64,000 bases of DNA from Nitrospirales bacterium (GCA_963422365.1 OY729426.1:1856001-1920000); one strand, 5' to 3'; counted from the stretch's first letter, positions 39,197-49,783 are shown. Notes: a model not told the origin generated them from the letters alone. Translations and numbers: made by a program.

Positions 39197-40138
39197 GTGA
39201 GTGAAGGTCCCCGAATTACCAAACGTGTACAAGAAATCCTCGGCTATTATCAAAGTGACGCGCCAGGCATTCGGGCTCATTTGGCCAGATTATTAATGAG
39301 TGGTCGATTAGCGGGAACCGGCAAACTCCTGATCTTGCCGGTGGATCAAGGATTTGAACATGGTCCTGCCCGGAGCTTTGCGCCAAATCCTTCAGGGTAT
39401 AATCCCCTTTACCATTTTGAATTGGCTATTGATGCTGGTTGCAATGCCTATGCCGCTCCATTGGGGTTTTTAGAAGCCGGTGCAGCAGAATATGCCGGAC
39501 AAATCCCCTTGATCCTCAAACTGAATAATAACGATTCCCTCTCTAGCGGTGATGACTATAATCAAGCTGTCACGGGTAGTGTGCAAGACGCACTTCGTTT
39601 AGGGTGCTGTGCCGTTGGATACACGATTTATCCCGGGTCGGCGTATAGCCAAGAGATGTATGAGGATTTGCGAGAGATTGCAGCAGAAGCTAAGTCAGTC
39701 GGACTCGCGGTGGTGGTCTGGTCATACCCTCGTGGTGGACAGTTAACGAAGGTAGGAGAAACGGCTATTGATGTGGTCTGCTATGGCGCTCAGATTGCGG
39801 CCCAACTTGGGGCGCATATCATTAAGGTCAAAGTGCCGACGGATCATATTGAACAAGCGGAAGCAAAAAAGGTTTATGAAGCCGAGAACGTTCCAATCAG
39901 CACACCAGCTGAGCGCATTCGTCACGTGGTGCAAAGTGCGTTCAATGGGAGACGTATCGTGATTTTCTCCGGTGGCACGAAAGGCGCAGACCAGACTGTT
40001 TTTGATGAGGTGCGGGCGATTCGTGATGGGGGAGGTTTCGGGTCGATTATTGGCCGGAATTCTTTCCAACGCTCGAAGCCCGAGGCCTTAACGTTTTTAG
40101 AGGCCTGTATGAAAATTTATGCAGGTGAAGTGGAGTAA
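39197..40138 (+). CDS. fbaB: Class I fructose-bisphosphate aldolase
   Basis: LPVDQGFEHGP, WSYPRG, AHIIKVK Schiff-base Lys; AGGAGG RBS before GTG 39197. Confidence 0.95.
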   Translation: MSEGPRITKRVQEILGYYQSDAPGIRAHLARLLMSGRLAGTGKLLILPVDQGFEHGPARSFAPNPSGYNPLYHFELAIDAGCNAYAAPLGFLEAGAAEYAGQIPLILKLNNNDSLSSGDDYNQAVTGSVQDALRLGCCAVGYTIYPGSAYSQEMYEDLREIAAEAKSVGLAVVVWSYPRGGQLTKVGETAIDVVCYGAQIAAQLGAHIIKVKVPTDHIEQAEAKKVYEAENVPISTPAERIRHVVQSAFNGRRIVIFSGGTKGADQTVFDEVRAIRDGGGFGSIIGRNSFQRSKPEALTFLEACMKIYAGEVE

Positions 40139-40218
40139 GTCTCTCCTCCCACCTTGAGAGGCCCTGTCGTTACGTTGTCTCAATACGTGCCGCCTCCTTG
40201 CTTGAGACATCTTTCTTG

Positions 40219-41478
40219 CTAAGGATAGAGCCCTCTGGCAGTATGGGCTTGCGCCACTTGATCAATTCCGCTCATGAGGGCAGCCATTCGCATCGTGATT
40301 TTTTTCTCTTCTGCAAAATGGAGTGTTCGATGAAAGGCCGTGGTGATGATTTCATGAAGTCGCTGCCGGATATCACTCTCATTCCAGAAAAAGCGTTGGA
40401 CATCCTGGACCCACTCAAAATACGAGACGATTACTCCGCCTGAATTGGCTAAAATATCGGGAATAATGAAGATATCTCGATCGTCCAAAATAGCGTCCGC
40501 CTCTAACGTCGTTGGCCCATTGGCCGCTTCTGCCAGAATACGACAGTGAAGGCGTTCAGCGTTGTTGCCGGTAATTTGTTCCGAGAGCGCAGCAGGAACC
40601 AACACGGTACAACTCAGGGTTAAAAGTTCATCGTTGGTCAGATGATCACCGACTTCCATTTCTTGAATAGGCAGGCCGGATCGATAGTGTTGAAAAATCG
40701 TCTCCATCGGTAAGCCCTTCGGATTAAAGATGCCCCCTGTTAGATCACTGATGCCAATCACTCGAGCCCCGGCTTCGTCAAAGATTTTGGCAGTGTGTGA
40801 ACCAACGTTCCCAAATCCTTGGATCACAACACTCGTGTCCTTCAGGTTGATCCCCTTATAGCGGAGCGCTTCTATCGTGACGTTCACGACCCCTCGACCG
40901 GTTGCTTCTTCGCGACCTAGACTTCCCCCGATCGAAAGGGGTTTGCCCGTGACGGCTCCCGGGACAGAGAATCCAACTTGTTGGCTGTAGGTGTCCATAA
41001 ACCAAGCCATGACTTGCTGATTCGTGCCGATATCGGTTGCTGGAATATCTTTGTCTGGGCCAATCAGCGGAAAAATTTCGGCAGCATACCGGCGGGTGAG
41101 TCGTTCGAGTTCGGAGAGTGACAGCCGATGAGGATTGACGTGGATGCCACCCTTTGCCCCTCCATAGGGAAGTCCTGCCAAGGCAGTTTTCCAGGTCATC
41201 CACATGGCTAAGCCTGCTACTTCTCCCAGGGTAACGTCCTGGTGGTACCGGAGCCCGCCTTTGGACGGCCCACGTGCAGAATCATGTTGGACTCGGTATC
41301 CTTGAAAGACGCGAACCTGGCCATCGTCCATCCGAATCGGAAGCGCAACCATCAATGACCGCTGGGGAGTTTTTAACCGCTCTCGTAAATTTGTCTCCAG
41401 GTTCATGGCTTCCGCGACCTGGTCAAATTGGGCAACAGCCAGACGAAAAGTCGGATGGTCGAATTCAGAGATCATCAT
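40219..41478 (-). CDS. gdhA: Glu/Leu/Phe/Val dehydrogenase (glutamate dehydrogenase)
   Basis: GPSKGGLRY, GGAKGG, TGKP, QGFGNVG, ANGP, SYFEW. Confidence 0.94.
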   Translation of the reverse strand: MMISEFDHPTFRLAVAQFDQVAEAMNLETNLRERLKTPQRSLMVALPIRMDDGQVRVFQGYRVQHDSARGPSKGGLRYHQDVTLGEVAGLAMWMTWKTALAGLPYGGAKGGIHVNPHRLSLSELERLTRRYAAEIFPLIGPDKDIPATDIGTNQQVMAWFMDTYSQQVGFSVPGAVTGKPLSIGGSLGREEATGRGVVNVTIEALRYKGINLKDTSVVIQGFGNVGSHTAKIFDEAGARVIGISDLTGGIFNPKGLPMETIFQHYRSGLPIQEMEVGDHLTNDELLTLSCTVLVPAALSEQITGNNAERLHCRILAEAANGPTTLEADAILDDRDIFIIPDILANSGGVIVSYFEWVQDVQRFFWNESDIRQRLHEIITTAFHRTLHFAEEKKITMRMAALMSGIDQVAQAHTARGLYP

Positions 41479-41702
41479 CTCGGTTTCATACTGAAAATCA
41501 GTTCGTCAGTGATTATGTCTTCTGAGAAAATCTTACTCCCTGAACGCGGCAATGTCACTTGGGCAATACAGGCTGGCGGTAAGACAGGGAAGGGTGGATC
41601 GTGTCACTCGGTAAAATAAGTTGGGTTTTACCCGAAAGCGTTTACTCAATATTTATCGACTTATCTGCTACACGGTAGCTCTGCTGTGACTCAGGAGAAA
41701 AG

Positions 41703-42098
41703 ATGACCAGGACATTGAAGTCCGTGCATGTTTTTTATTGTTTCGGATGGATGATGCTTGTTGTTGTATTGCCGTTTGGTTTGGGTCAGGCAGGGGGTTC
41801 TCAAATCATCCTTTTGGACCAGGAACCTTTTTATGTGCCTTCGACCATGACGATTCTCCAGGGACAGCCGGTCCAGTGGCATAATCAGTCGATGCAGCCT
41901 CATACCGTGACCCACGATGGTTGTGGGCAAGGCAGGATGTGCGCCTTTGTATCTGAGCATCTTCATCCCGGCGAGCGCTTCAGCGTCAGAGGCTTATCCA
42001 CTGGAACCTATTCTTATCATTGTGAAATCCATCCATTTATGCGAGGCCGCATTCAGGTTAAACAGGTTGTGCGAAATGACGGCGTCACGGAATTGTAG
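41703..42098 (+). CDS. Plastocyanin/azurin-family blue copper protein
   Basis: Signal peptide; PHTVT; YHCEIHPFM type-1 Cu ligands. Confidence 0.88.
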   Translation: MTRTLKSVHVFYCFGWMMLVVVLPFGLGQAGGSQIILLDQEPFYVPSTMTILQGQPVQWHNQSMQPHTVTHDGCGQGRMCAFVSEHLHPGERFSVRGLSTGTYSYHCEIHPFMRGRIQVKQVVRNDGVTEL

Positions 42099-42099
42099 T

Positions 42100-42861
42100 T
42101 CATCCTTCCGCTTGAGAGCGTTCCGGTTTGTAATGGACGCGAAGAAGATATAACCCTTGAGGTGGTGCTGTGGGGCCTGCCTCTCGGCGATCCCGGGCTC
42201 CCAGGATTGTCGCCAATGCATCAGGAGTTCTTTTTTGATGACCGATTTCGACTAAGGTCCCGACTAATGCCCGTACCATTTGTTTCAAAAACCGGTCGGC
42301 CTGAATCGTGAAACGAATCGATGGGCCTTCTTGCGACAGGTCAATCCGTTGAATATCGCAGACTGGATTCTGGGTTTCGGTCGGTGATCCTTGAAACGAA
42401 GTGCAATCATGTTGCCCTAGTACGTGACCCGAAGCCGCTCGCATGAGAGGCACGTTGAGGGGTTGGGCAATCTGCCATACCCGCAGACGCTCCAAGGCCG
42501 GTCGTGTCGTTTGGTTGAGGATGCGGTACTCATACGTTTTTGAACGCGCATCATACCGTGCATGAAAGTCGTCAGTCGCCACCTCTGTTTGTCGTACACT
42601 GATGTTTTTCGGCAGAACGCCGTTTAATGCGCGGGTCCACTCATGGGGTGATAATGGTTTGTCCGAGCGAAAGCTGATGATTTGCCCGAGTGCGTGAACG
42701 CCGGCATCCGTTCGGCCGGCGGCTACGGTCGAGATTGAACATTGCGTGATGTGGCGAAGTGCATGCTCAAGCGTCTCTTGGATCGTGGGATGGTCAGGCT
42801 GTCGTTGCCATCCGGCATACGATGTCCCGTCATATTCGAGTCGTAGCTTGTAGGTGGCCAT
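42100..42861 (-). CDS. truA: tRNA pseudouridine(38-40) synthase
   Basis: YDGTSYAGWQ, AGRTDAGVHA, FLKQMVR, TAPPQGLYL. Confidence 0.97.
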   Translation of the reverse strand: MATYKLRLEYDGTSYAGWQRQPDHPTIQETLEHALRHITQCSISTVAAGRTDAGVHALGQIISFRSDKPLSPHEWTRALNGVLPKNISVRQTEVATDDFHARYDARSKTYEYRILNQTTRPALERLRVWQIAQPLNVPLMRAASGHVLGQHDCTSFQGSPTETQNPVCDIQRIDLSQEGPSIRFTIQADRFLKQMVRALVGTLVEIGHQKRTPDALATILGARDRREAGPTAPPQGLYLLRVHYKPERSQAEG

Positions 42862-42922
42862 GAAATGGTATGGGGTGCCTCGGCACGGGCTGTCTGGCGT
42901 AGCTCAATGAAAGAGGGCATGC

Positions 42923-44179
42923 TCAGGACGAGTTGAGGCGTGGCGATTTGAGGTAACCTTGGACGCCTCGATAAATCCCCTCCGCCAGCTTTTTCTGAAA
43001 GGTTTTATTCCGTAACCGTTTTTCTTCGCTCAGGTTGGACAGAAAACCCACCTCAACTAGAATGCTGGGCATGGTCGTAAAACGCAGGACGTAAAATGGA
43101 GCGGTTTTCATCCTATGATTTTTGATTTTGTAATTCTTTCGTAACGTTGTGACAAGTTTGTCACTCGTGGTTTCGGCAAAGGTTTGGGATTCTTTGATCT
43201 TATGGTCATTCAAGCTATCCGTAATAATGAATTGCCAGGGGGGGGTATCACTTTCTAATTTTATGCCATTTTCTCGGGCAGCCACTTCTAGGGCGAGGGG
43301 ATCACTGGCCTTTCCAAAATGGTAAATCTCTAATCCCTGAACGGATTTCTCCTGATGGTAATTGACGTGAATGGAAATAAACAAACAGATCCGTGACTTA
43401 TTGGCATTAACCTCCGGACCCATGTCCTTTCCGCACCATTCCATTTTTTTTTCATTGGCAAATTTCACGCGATCCTCTAAAGAAAGAAACACGTCTTTTG
43501 ATCGAGTCAACAGGACTTTGGCTTTGAGGCGTTGTCGAATCAAGTCGCGTAAATATTTCGAGACCTGTAACGCTATCGTTTTTTCCTTGGTGCCTTTTCG
43601 CCCGCTTGTGCCAGGATCTTTTCCGCCGTGCCCGGGGTCGATGACAACCATAACGCTGTTTTCAGGTGTTTTCTTCGCATTCGCATAATAGAGATCCACC
43701 ACCACTCGATCGGGTTGACGGAAGGTGTTGAGTTTGTACGTCCGGATGGATGTTAAAGCCAGGACAATGGTGACTGTTTGAGGTTTTTCTGGAAAGATGG
43801 CAATGGCCTTCGGAAAATTTTTTCTCTTGATCTGTTGTTGAGCGCGTTTGCTCAGCTTGATATTGGCTAGGGAAATCGTCGCCTTTTGAGTCAGTCGGTT
43901 CTTGCTCTCTTTGATTGCGACTCGACCAGTCAGGTCCAACACGACGCGGGTATATTTTTTATGATCATGATACCGGACGCTTTTGACTGTAAGAGAGGAT
44001 TTTGTCTGGTTGGACGAGGTTTCTTTTTTTGCTAAAAGAATTTGCGCGGGGAAGGCTGTCTGAGTGCTGGAAAAGGTATGGCGAGAGGGCGATTCGGATA
44101 TCGCCTCTGGTAGAGGCCCCCACAACATCGCATAAAACAGAAAAATAAGGGAAAAATGAAACGTGTTCTTCATGATCAT
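42923..44179 (-). CDS. N-acetylmuramoyl-L-alanine amidase (AMIN + Amidase_3, AmiC-like)
   Basis: YTRVVLDL..PDRVVVD AMIN domain; IDPGHGGKDPG, ISIH, ILVEVGFLSN. Confidence 0.93.
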   Translation of the reverse strand: MIMKNTFHFSLIFLFYAMLWGPLPEAISESPSRHTFSSTQTAFPAQILLAKKETSSNQTKSSLTVKSVRYHDHKKYTRVVLDLTGRVAIKESKNRLTQKATISLANIKLSKRAQQQIKRKNFPKAIAIFPEKPQTVTIVLALTSIRTYKLNTFRQPDRVVVDLYYANAKKTPENSVMVVIDPGHGGKDPGTSGRKGTKEKTIALQVSKYLRDLIRQRLKAKVLLTRSKDVFLSLEDRVKFANEKKMEWCGKDMGPEVNANKSRICLFISIHVNYHQEKSVQGLEIYHFGKASDPLALEVAARENGIKLESDTPPWQFIITDSLNDHKIKESQTFAETTSDKLVTTLRKNYKIKNHRMKTAPFYVLRFTTMPSILVEVGFLSNLSEEKRLRNKTFQKKLAEGIYRGVQGYLKSPRLNSS

Positions 44180-44283
44180 TGATGCAAGAAATATGACGTT
44201 ACGTGTTCAGTGACTCACAGGATAACAAACTCTTCGTGTTCTGTCATTGACAGCATCGCCACCCTGGGATAGCGTGTCCCGCT

Positions 44284-44844
44284 ATGTCCTTACTTCTCAT
44301 CATAGATGGATATAACTTACTAGGAATTCTTGGCAAGAGAAAGTTGGCAAAATCAACCTACGGTGCTGAGATACGGGAAGCCCTCGTTCGCCGACTTTCG
44401 TTGTACAGCCAACGCAAAGGGCACTACGTGACCTTGGTATTCGATGCCTGGCAAGAGCAAACAAGGCTTGAACATCACGAACACCGGACTGGAGTGCAGG
44501 TGGTTTTTACCAAACGGGGAGAACGGGCTGATCAGGTGATTCAACGCTTGGCTCGACAGTATGGTCGAGCCTGTGCCGTGGTTTCTTCGGATTTGGAGAT
44601 CATCCAAACTGCCAAAGCCCATGGGGCTTTTGCGATGAAGTCACACGAATTTCAAGTAAAACTTGAATTTTTAGTGATGGGGGCAAAGAAAGCCTTTGCA
44701 GCGAAGCCCTCAACCATTTCCTCGACGCAAGGCATGACAAAGATTGAAGACGATGGACCTCTTGGACGCCCCAATAAAAAAGGTAATCCTCACAAATTAC
44801 CAAAAGCGGTCCGGGCCCGGAAACGCCAACTTAGGGGATTTTGA
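44284..44844 (+). CDS. NYN/YacP (Rae1-like) PIN-fold ribonuclease
   Basis: LIIDGYNL, LVFDA, ERADQVI, VVSSD. Confidence 0.88.
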   Translation: MSLLLIIDGYNLLGILGKRKLAKSTYGAEIREALVRRLSLYSQRKGHYVTLVFDAWQEQTRLEHHEHRTGVQVVFTKRGERADQVIQRLARQYGRACAVVSSDLEIIQTAKAHGAFAMKSHEFQVKLEFLVMGAKKAFAAKPSTISSTQGMTKIEDDGPLGRPNKKGNPHKLPKAVRARKRQLRGF

Positions 44845-45607
44845 ATACACGTTTTGTATTTTGGACAGTGGCGTGTGCAATGGATTCAAAGGATCGACTC
44901 CCATTTTCACGGATTTCCGCCAGCGTTTCTGCCACGTATTGCACATAGGCGGGCTCATTCCGTTTCCCACGATAGGGAATAGGCGTGAGATAGGGGCAAT
45001 CCGTTTCGACCATGAGACGGTCAAGAGGAACGGTCTTCGCGATGTCCCGTAGCATCGTTGCATTTTTAAATGTCAGTACACCGGAGAAGGAAAGATAAAA
45101 ACCTAAGTCCAGCGCATTCTTGGCGAGCCAAGGATCCCCTGAAAAACAATGAAAAACGCCTCCGACGTCAGCCGCGCCTTCTTCCCGAAGGATCGTCACG
45201 GTATCTTCTTGTGCTTCACGCGTGTGAATGACAAGCGGAAGGGCTAACTCGCGTGCAAGGTGAATTTGTTCACGAAAACGTTGACCTTGGATCTCCCGTG
45301 GTGAATGATCGTAATGATAGTCTAGTCCAATTTCGCCGTACGCAACGACTTTCGGTTGTCGGGCTAGTGACCGCACTATCTCCTGCCATCCTTCAGTGAT
45401 GTCCTTGGCTTCATGCGGATGGACGCCAATAGTGGCAAAGACGTGAGGATGAGACTGTGCCAAGGCAATGGCGGCCTGACTGGTGGCGACATCGCAGCCA
45501 ATCGTGACAATGGCCTCAATGCCGGCAGCTTCGGCACGTTGGACGACTTCGTTTCGATCGGTATCGTATCGCAGATCATCTAGATGTGCATGGCTGTCAA
45601 TGAGCAT
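44831..45607 (-). CDS. tatD: TatD-family hydrolase
   Basis: IDSHAH, GEIGLDY, IHTREA, FHCFSG, ETDCPYL. Confidence 0.95.
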   Translation of the reverse strand: MLIDSHAHLDDLRYDTDRNEVVQRAEAAGIEAIVTIGCDVATSQAAIALAQSHPHVFATIGVHPHEAKDITEGWQEIVRSLARQPKVVAYGEIGLDYHYDHSPREIQGQRFREQIHLARELALPLVIHTREAQEDTVTILREEGAADVGGVFHCFSGDPWLAKNALDLGFYLSFSGVLTFKNATMLRDIAKTVPLDRLMVETDCPYLTPIPYRGKRNEPAYVQYVAETLAEIRENGSRSFESIAHATVQNTKRVFKIP

Positions 45608-45692
45608 AAAAAGATGGCCTCCCTGTGTTCATATTCGTATGGAATACTAGCATATCATCCGTCACCAAAGAAGCCTGAGGAGTCGCTAGTCA

Positions 45693-46238
45693 ATGGATTG
45701 GGATACAGCATTGTTTCATGCCGTCCATGGGTGGGCCGGCCAATCATTAGCCTTGGATTGGTTCATGCTGCAATGTTCATCGGCGAGAAACTTCGTCGGC
45801 TTGATTGTGGTCTATCTGGCCTATCGAGTATGGATCGATTGGCGTTACGGCATTCTGGTTGCGTCCATTCTGGGTGTATTGATTGGCATAGGGGATTTTG
45901 TCGGGGCCCAAATCAAATTATGGATTGCTCGTCCGCGGCCGTGTCAGGTTTTTTTGAACATACATGAGCTGATCGGATGTGGGGGAACGTTCAGCCTGCC
46001 CTCGAATCACGCAGTGAATGCAGCAACGGCTGCGGCATTTTTGGCGATGCTGTTCCCCTCAACCCGATGGGTCGTGGTGACACTCATGGTGCTTGGCGGT
46101 ATATCCCGTGTCTATCTTGGCGCACATTATCCAACGGATGTGATCGCGGGATGGTATCTCGGGAGTCTGGTGGGTGTGACGGTCGGCTATTTCGTTACAA
46201 AACTTCCAGGGCATGGAAAAGAGCGCACCACGGAGTAA
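45693..46238 (+). CDS. PAP2-family membrane phosphatase
   Basis: KLWIARPRP, PSNHA, SRVYLGAHYPTDV. Confidence 0.92.
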   Translation: MDWDTALFHAVHGWAGQSLALDWFMLQCSSARNFVGLIVVYLAYRVWIDWRYGILVASILGVLIGIGDFVGAQIKLWIARPRPCQVFLNIHELIGCGGTFSLPSNHAVNAATAAAFLAMLFPSTRWVVVTLMVLGGISRVYLGAHYPTDVIAGWYLGSLVGVTVGYFVTKLPGHGKERTTE

Positions 46239-46281
46239 CGTGACGCACGACTGTAGTTGCCGGTCTTTCCATGCTTAATAG

Positions 46282-47166
46282 TTACAGCTTTTGTAAGGCG
46301 GCGACGCGCGCTTCGATCGGCGGGTGTGTCGAAAAAACATGCATAAAACTTCGACTTTTCCCTGAAATTTTCATGGTCGCAAGGGCATCTTCCGTGTGAT
46401 ACTGATACTCTACCTGTTTAACCCATCGATCAATCGCTTGCAGCGCCGATATCATGGACTCTTTGCCTACCGTATTGGCTGCAAACTTGTCAGCGGAAAA
46501 TTCCCGGCGTCGTGACCACCAACTGATGGGAATCATCGCGAGGATTGATAACACAATCTGCAGAAAAAAGTAGACGCCGATGGCCAAGATGGCGTTGCGT
46601 TCGGCTACCTGTCGATAGACGATCCTGCTGATAAAATAGACGAAGGTATTCATCAATCCAGCGAGGACTGTCGTCGTAAACATATCGCCATTATAGACAT
46701 GACCCATTTCATGAGCTAAGACAGCTCGCACTTCCCCTTCGTTCAGATTGTTCAATAAGCCGGTTGAAACGGCAACCATCGAGTTATTCTTCGATGGCCC
46801 CGTGGCAAAAGCATTGGGATCCGGTGAGTCGTAAATCCATACTTCCGGCATTTTAATATCCAACCGCGTGGAGATTTTTTGCACCGTCTCATACACGAGC
46901 AATTCAGCAGGGTGTCGGGGCTGGGTAATCTGCCTGCAATCCAACATCATTCGCGCCATTCGTTTGGAAAACGCCAAGCTGATGAAGGCTCCGCCAAATC
47001 CAATAACAAAGGCCCACAAGAGGTCCTGATGAACGATCGATCCACGGAGGTCAATCCCAAACGCAGGAAGAATCATGTCCGAAAGAATCGTGAAGGTGAT
47101 CGAGAGGGTGATAAAAATGAGAATATTGGACAGCAGCAGCAAGCCAATACCTTTCAGCTTTTTCAT
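46282..47166 (-). CDS. htpX: Membrane zinc metalloprotease HtpX
   Basis: PNAFATG, HEMGH, SRRREFSAD, STHPP. Confidence 0.95.
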   Translation of the reverse strand: MKKLKGIGLLLLSNILIFITLSITFTILSDMILPAFGIDLRGSIVHQDLLWAFVIGFGGAFISLAFSKRMARMMLDCRQITQPRHPAELLVYETVQKISTRLDIKMPEVWIYDSPDPNAFATGPSKNNSMVAVSTGLLNNLNEGEVRAVLAHEMGHVYNGDMFTTTVLAGLMNTFVYFISRIVYRQVAERNAILAIGVYFFLQIVLSILAMIPISWWSRRREFSADKFAANTVGKESMISALQAIDRWVKQVEYQYHTEDALATMKISGKSRSFMHVFSTHPPIEARVAALQKL

Positions 47167-47400
47167 TCGTTCCTCCTCTACAAAAACACGCTGCCAGTTG
47201 ATGAGCTATGAACTATGAACTCGTACACGGTTTCATGAAACATCGCAACCTGGCGGTCAAAGACGGGGCAAGAAAAAAGGACTTGCCTTGAAACCCTCAA
47301 GCAGTCCCATCTATATTCCTACTATATTGATAGTGTAATCCCATTTTTTCGTGAGTCAAGATTGAGATGTTCCCGTGGATGAGGTCCTGCTCCCTCTTTT

Positions 47401-47448
47401 GTAGCCGCGCATTTCATGGCGCTTGGCGGAATAAGAGGCCGCCCCACA
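47401..47448. repeat. GTAG-type REP/REPIN-like element
   Basis: GTAGCCGCGCATTTCATGGCGC...GGCGG/CCGCC..CCACA; resembles GTAGGGCCGCATCTCATG at 14299. Confidence 0.4.
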
Positions 47449-47482
47449 AATGCAATACAATGGCATGAAATGTGAGCGCAGG

Positions 47483-47944
47483 ATGACGTGGAGAAGTCCT
47501 ACGAGGATGACTGATGAACAGCCTTGGTTGAGCGTGCTGATCTGTTGGATTGCACCGGTTCTTTTTTCAGGGGTTTCTCTTGGGAATACCAACGAGGAGG
47601 TTCGGGTTCTTCAACCGGACGCCGATGGAGTACAGCGGGCCACCATCGTGCTTGACAGTTATTCGTTTGCGCCACGTTACATTAGCATTCAAGCTGGCCT
47701 GCCGATCGAACTTCGTCTTGAAAACCAGAGTTTCCTGACGCCTCATAATTTCGTCGTCGATCATTCAGCCATGGATTTGCAGGACGATATCACTGTGAGT
47801 GCCGGGGAGAGTGTCACGATTCAATTTCTGGTTCGTACCTCAGGAACATACGCCTTTTATTGTGATAAACAGTTGCTGTTTTTCCCCAGTCACCGTGACG
47901 AGGGCATGGAAGGCCGTCTTGAGGTGCGGCCGGAAAGTCGATGA
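47483..47944 (+). CDS. Cupredoxin-domain exported protein
   Basis: Signal peptide; SYSFAP, PHNF, YAFYCDK..SHRDEGM; start uncertain (47450-47507). Confidence 0.85.
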   Translation: MTWRSPTRMTDEQPWLSVLICWIAPVLFSGVSLGNTNEEVRVLQPDADGVQRATIVLDSYSFAPRYISIQAGLPIELRLENQSFLTPHNFVVDHSAMDLQDDITVSAGESVTIQFLVRTSGTYAFYCDKQLLFFPSHRDEGMEGRLEVRPESR

Positions 47945-48987
47945 TGCGGTCAAAACACACCGAACGCTATTTGCTGCATGACATTTTAAAGCAGGTTTCG
48001 CGTTCATTTTATCTTACCTTGGCGATGTTGCCACGGTGTGTGGCCAAACAAGTGGGGTTGGCGTATTTGTTTGCGCGGGTGGCTGATACGATTGCGGATG
48101 CAGGCCAACTAGACCGGAGCGCTAGAGTCATGTTCCTACAGCAGTTTAAGCTCCAATTTGTGCGTGAATCCTTCAATTGGGAAGTAATCAAGGCAATTCA
48201 AGCCGAGATGGTTCCACAACAGAGTCATCCTGGCGAACGAAAATTGGTGGAACACCTTGCACTCTGTTTTCAGGCATACGAAAGCTTGGCGCTAGACGAT
48301 CAAGCGGAGATCCGTCATGTCTTGCCGATTCTTATCAGCGGCATGGAAATGGATTTGGATCGGTTCCCGGGAAAATCTGAGGCCGAGCTCACCGCTTTTT
48401 CTTCGCGGGAGGATCTGGACGTCTATATCTATAAGGTTGCGGGTTGTGTCGGCGAGTTTTGGACCAATATGATTTCTGCCCATTTGCCGCACATACGCCA
48501 GAATTGGGGCAGAGAATCAAAAATTCACACAGGCATTCGGTTTGGCAAAGGACTCCAATTGACGAACATTTTGAAAGATTTACCCAAGGATCTGCGGCGA
48601 GGACGGTGTTATATCCCCTTGGAGCTGTTGTCGCAGGTAGGATTAGAACCCCGTGATTTATTAGAGAAGGACACGATGCCTGTCTTTAGCCCTATTCTGC
48701 AAACGTTAGTGAAGACCACCCTCGCCCATTTAGATCAAGGATGGTTGTATGCCATGTCCATTCCGCGACGCGAGGTTCGTCTTCGCTTAGCCTGCATGTG
48801 GCCGATTCTGATCGCCCTTAAAACACTACGTCTTTTGACAACATGCGACAATATGCTGGATCCCGCTCAAAAATTGAAAATTTCTCGATTCGAGATCTAT
48901 CGGATTATTTTGACCTCTCCGCTGATTGGCGGAGGGAGATCCACTGGCATGGCCTATTGGGGGCACGTCAGAAAGACAATTGGATAA
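47941..48987 (+). CDS. Squalene/phytoene synthase family protein
   Basis: VSRSF, YLFARVADTIAD, YIYKVAGCVG, GLQLTNILKD..D..RGRCYIP. Confidence 0.9.
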   Translation: MMRSKHTERYLLHDILKQVSRSFYLTLAMLPRCVAKQVGLAYLFARVADTIADAGQLDRSARVMFLQQFKLQFVRESFNWEVIKAIQAEMVPQQSHPGERKLVEHLALCFQAYESLALDDQAEIRHVLPILISGMEMDLDRFPGKSEAELTAFSSREDLDVYIYKVAGCVGEFWTNMISAHLPHIRQNWGRESKIHTGIRFGKGLQLTNILKDLPKDLRRGRCYIPLELLSQVGLEPRDLLEKDTMPVFSPILQTLVKTTLAHLDQGWLYAMSIPRREVRLRLACMWPILIALKTLRLLTTCDNMLDPAQKLKISRFEIYRIILTSPLIGGGRSTGMAYWGHVRKTIG

Positions 48988-48993
48988 CCACGA

Positions 48994-49284
48994 TCACTCA
49001 GGCTGAGGAACGAGCAACTTTTCACCCTTTCGAAACACTGCATAGATAGCCTGTGAGGGGCAGGCATCGAGGCACATCCGACACGTTTCCATACACCGGG
49101 ATTCGTCAAATTTATACGGTGGGGTGGACAACCATGCCCCGGTTGGACACACAGGAATACACACGGCCTTATGCGTGCAGCGATCTGGATGACGAACTAA
49201 ATGGTCCCGAGTTACCATCATAGGTTTCACTCCTTCAAATAGCCCCCCGGAAAACATATCCAGCATATTTTCGGGGCGTCGCAT
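48994..49284 (-). CDS. Small 4Fe-4S ferredoxin-like protein with atypical Cys spacing
   Basis: CTHKAVCIPVCP and CMETCRMCLDACPSQAI. Confidence 0.8.
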   Translation of the reverse strand: MRRPENMLDMFSGGLFEGVKPMMVTRDHLVRHPDRCTHKAVCIPVCPTGAWLSTPPYKFDESRCMETCRMCLDACPSQAIYAVFRKGEKLLVPQPE

Positions 49285-49285
49285 A

Positions 49286-49702
49286 TTAAGCATTCCACTG
49301 CTTCACGAGCGAACGAAGTCGATCCTGTAACTCTGGAATGTGTTCCAGATTATTGTGGATGGCCCCAAGTATATTTTCCAGTCTCGCCACTCGGGTCGCT
49401 TCTTGGTCTCGTTGGGCGAGTGCCTCATATTTGCGATACGCGTCGGGATAGAGGGAGCGAAGGTGTGGTTGAACGGCCGTGATCCCATCCCGGAGTTGTT
49501 TAGGTTCCGGTGCAAGAGGTGGTACAATGGCAAAAGAGCCGTTATTGAGCATGAGTACCTTTGTCTCACTTTGTTCAATCGATGTCACAGACGTGACGGT
49601 ATGACCGACCATCTCATCCCAAGACTGGAGCAACCCGGGAAACTGTTGAAGGAAGGCGACCTTTTCTTGATTCGCTTTCCATTTGGCTTCATTTGCTGAC
49701 AT
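49286..49702 (-). CDS. Conserved hypothetical protein
   Basis: Continuous ORF between two ferredoxin genes, ending 1 nt before the next start. Confidence 0.7.
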   Translation of the reverse strand: MSANEAKWKANQEKVAFLQQFPGLLQSWDEMVGHTVTSVTSIEQSETKVLMLNNGSFAIVPPLAPEPKQLRDGITAVQPHLRSLYPDAYRKYEALAQRDQEATRVARLENILGAIHNNLEHIPELQDRLRSLVKQWNA

Positions 49703-49783
49703 GTGGGGGGTGCACCCTTTGATCGCCACGTTTGGGGTTGAGTATTTTTCTCTCGTCACACCACGGGGTTGAAGATTACGGTC

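Noticed and set aside
47287..47312. Sigma32-like CTTGAA..CCCATCT promoter near htpX
   Set aside because: It points away from htpX and the spacer (12-13 nt) is marginal
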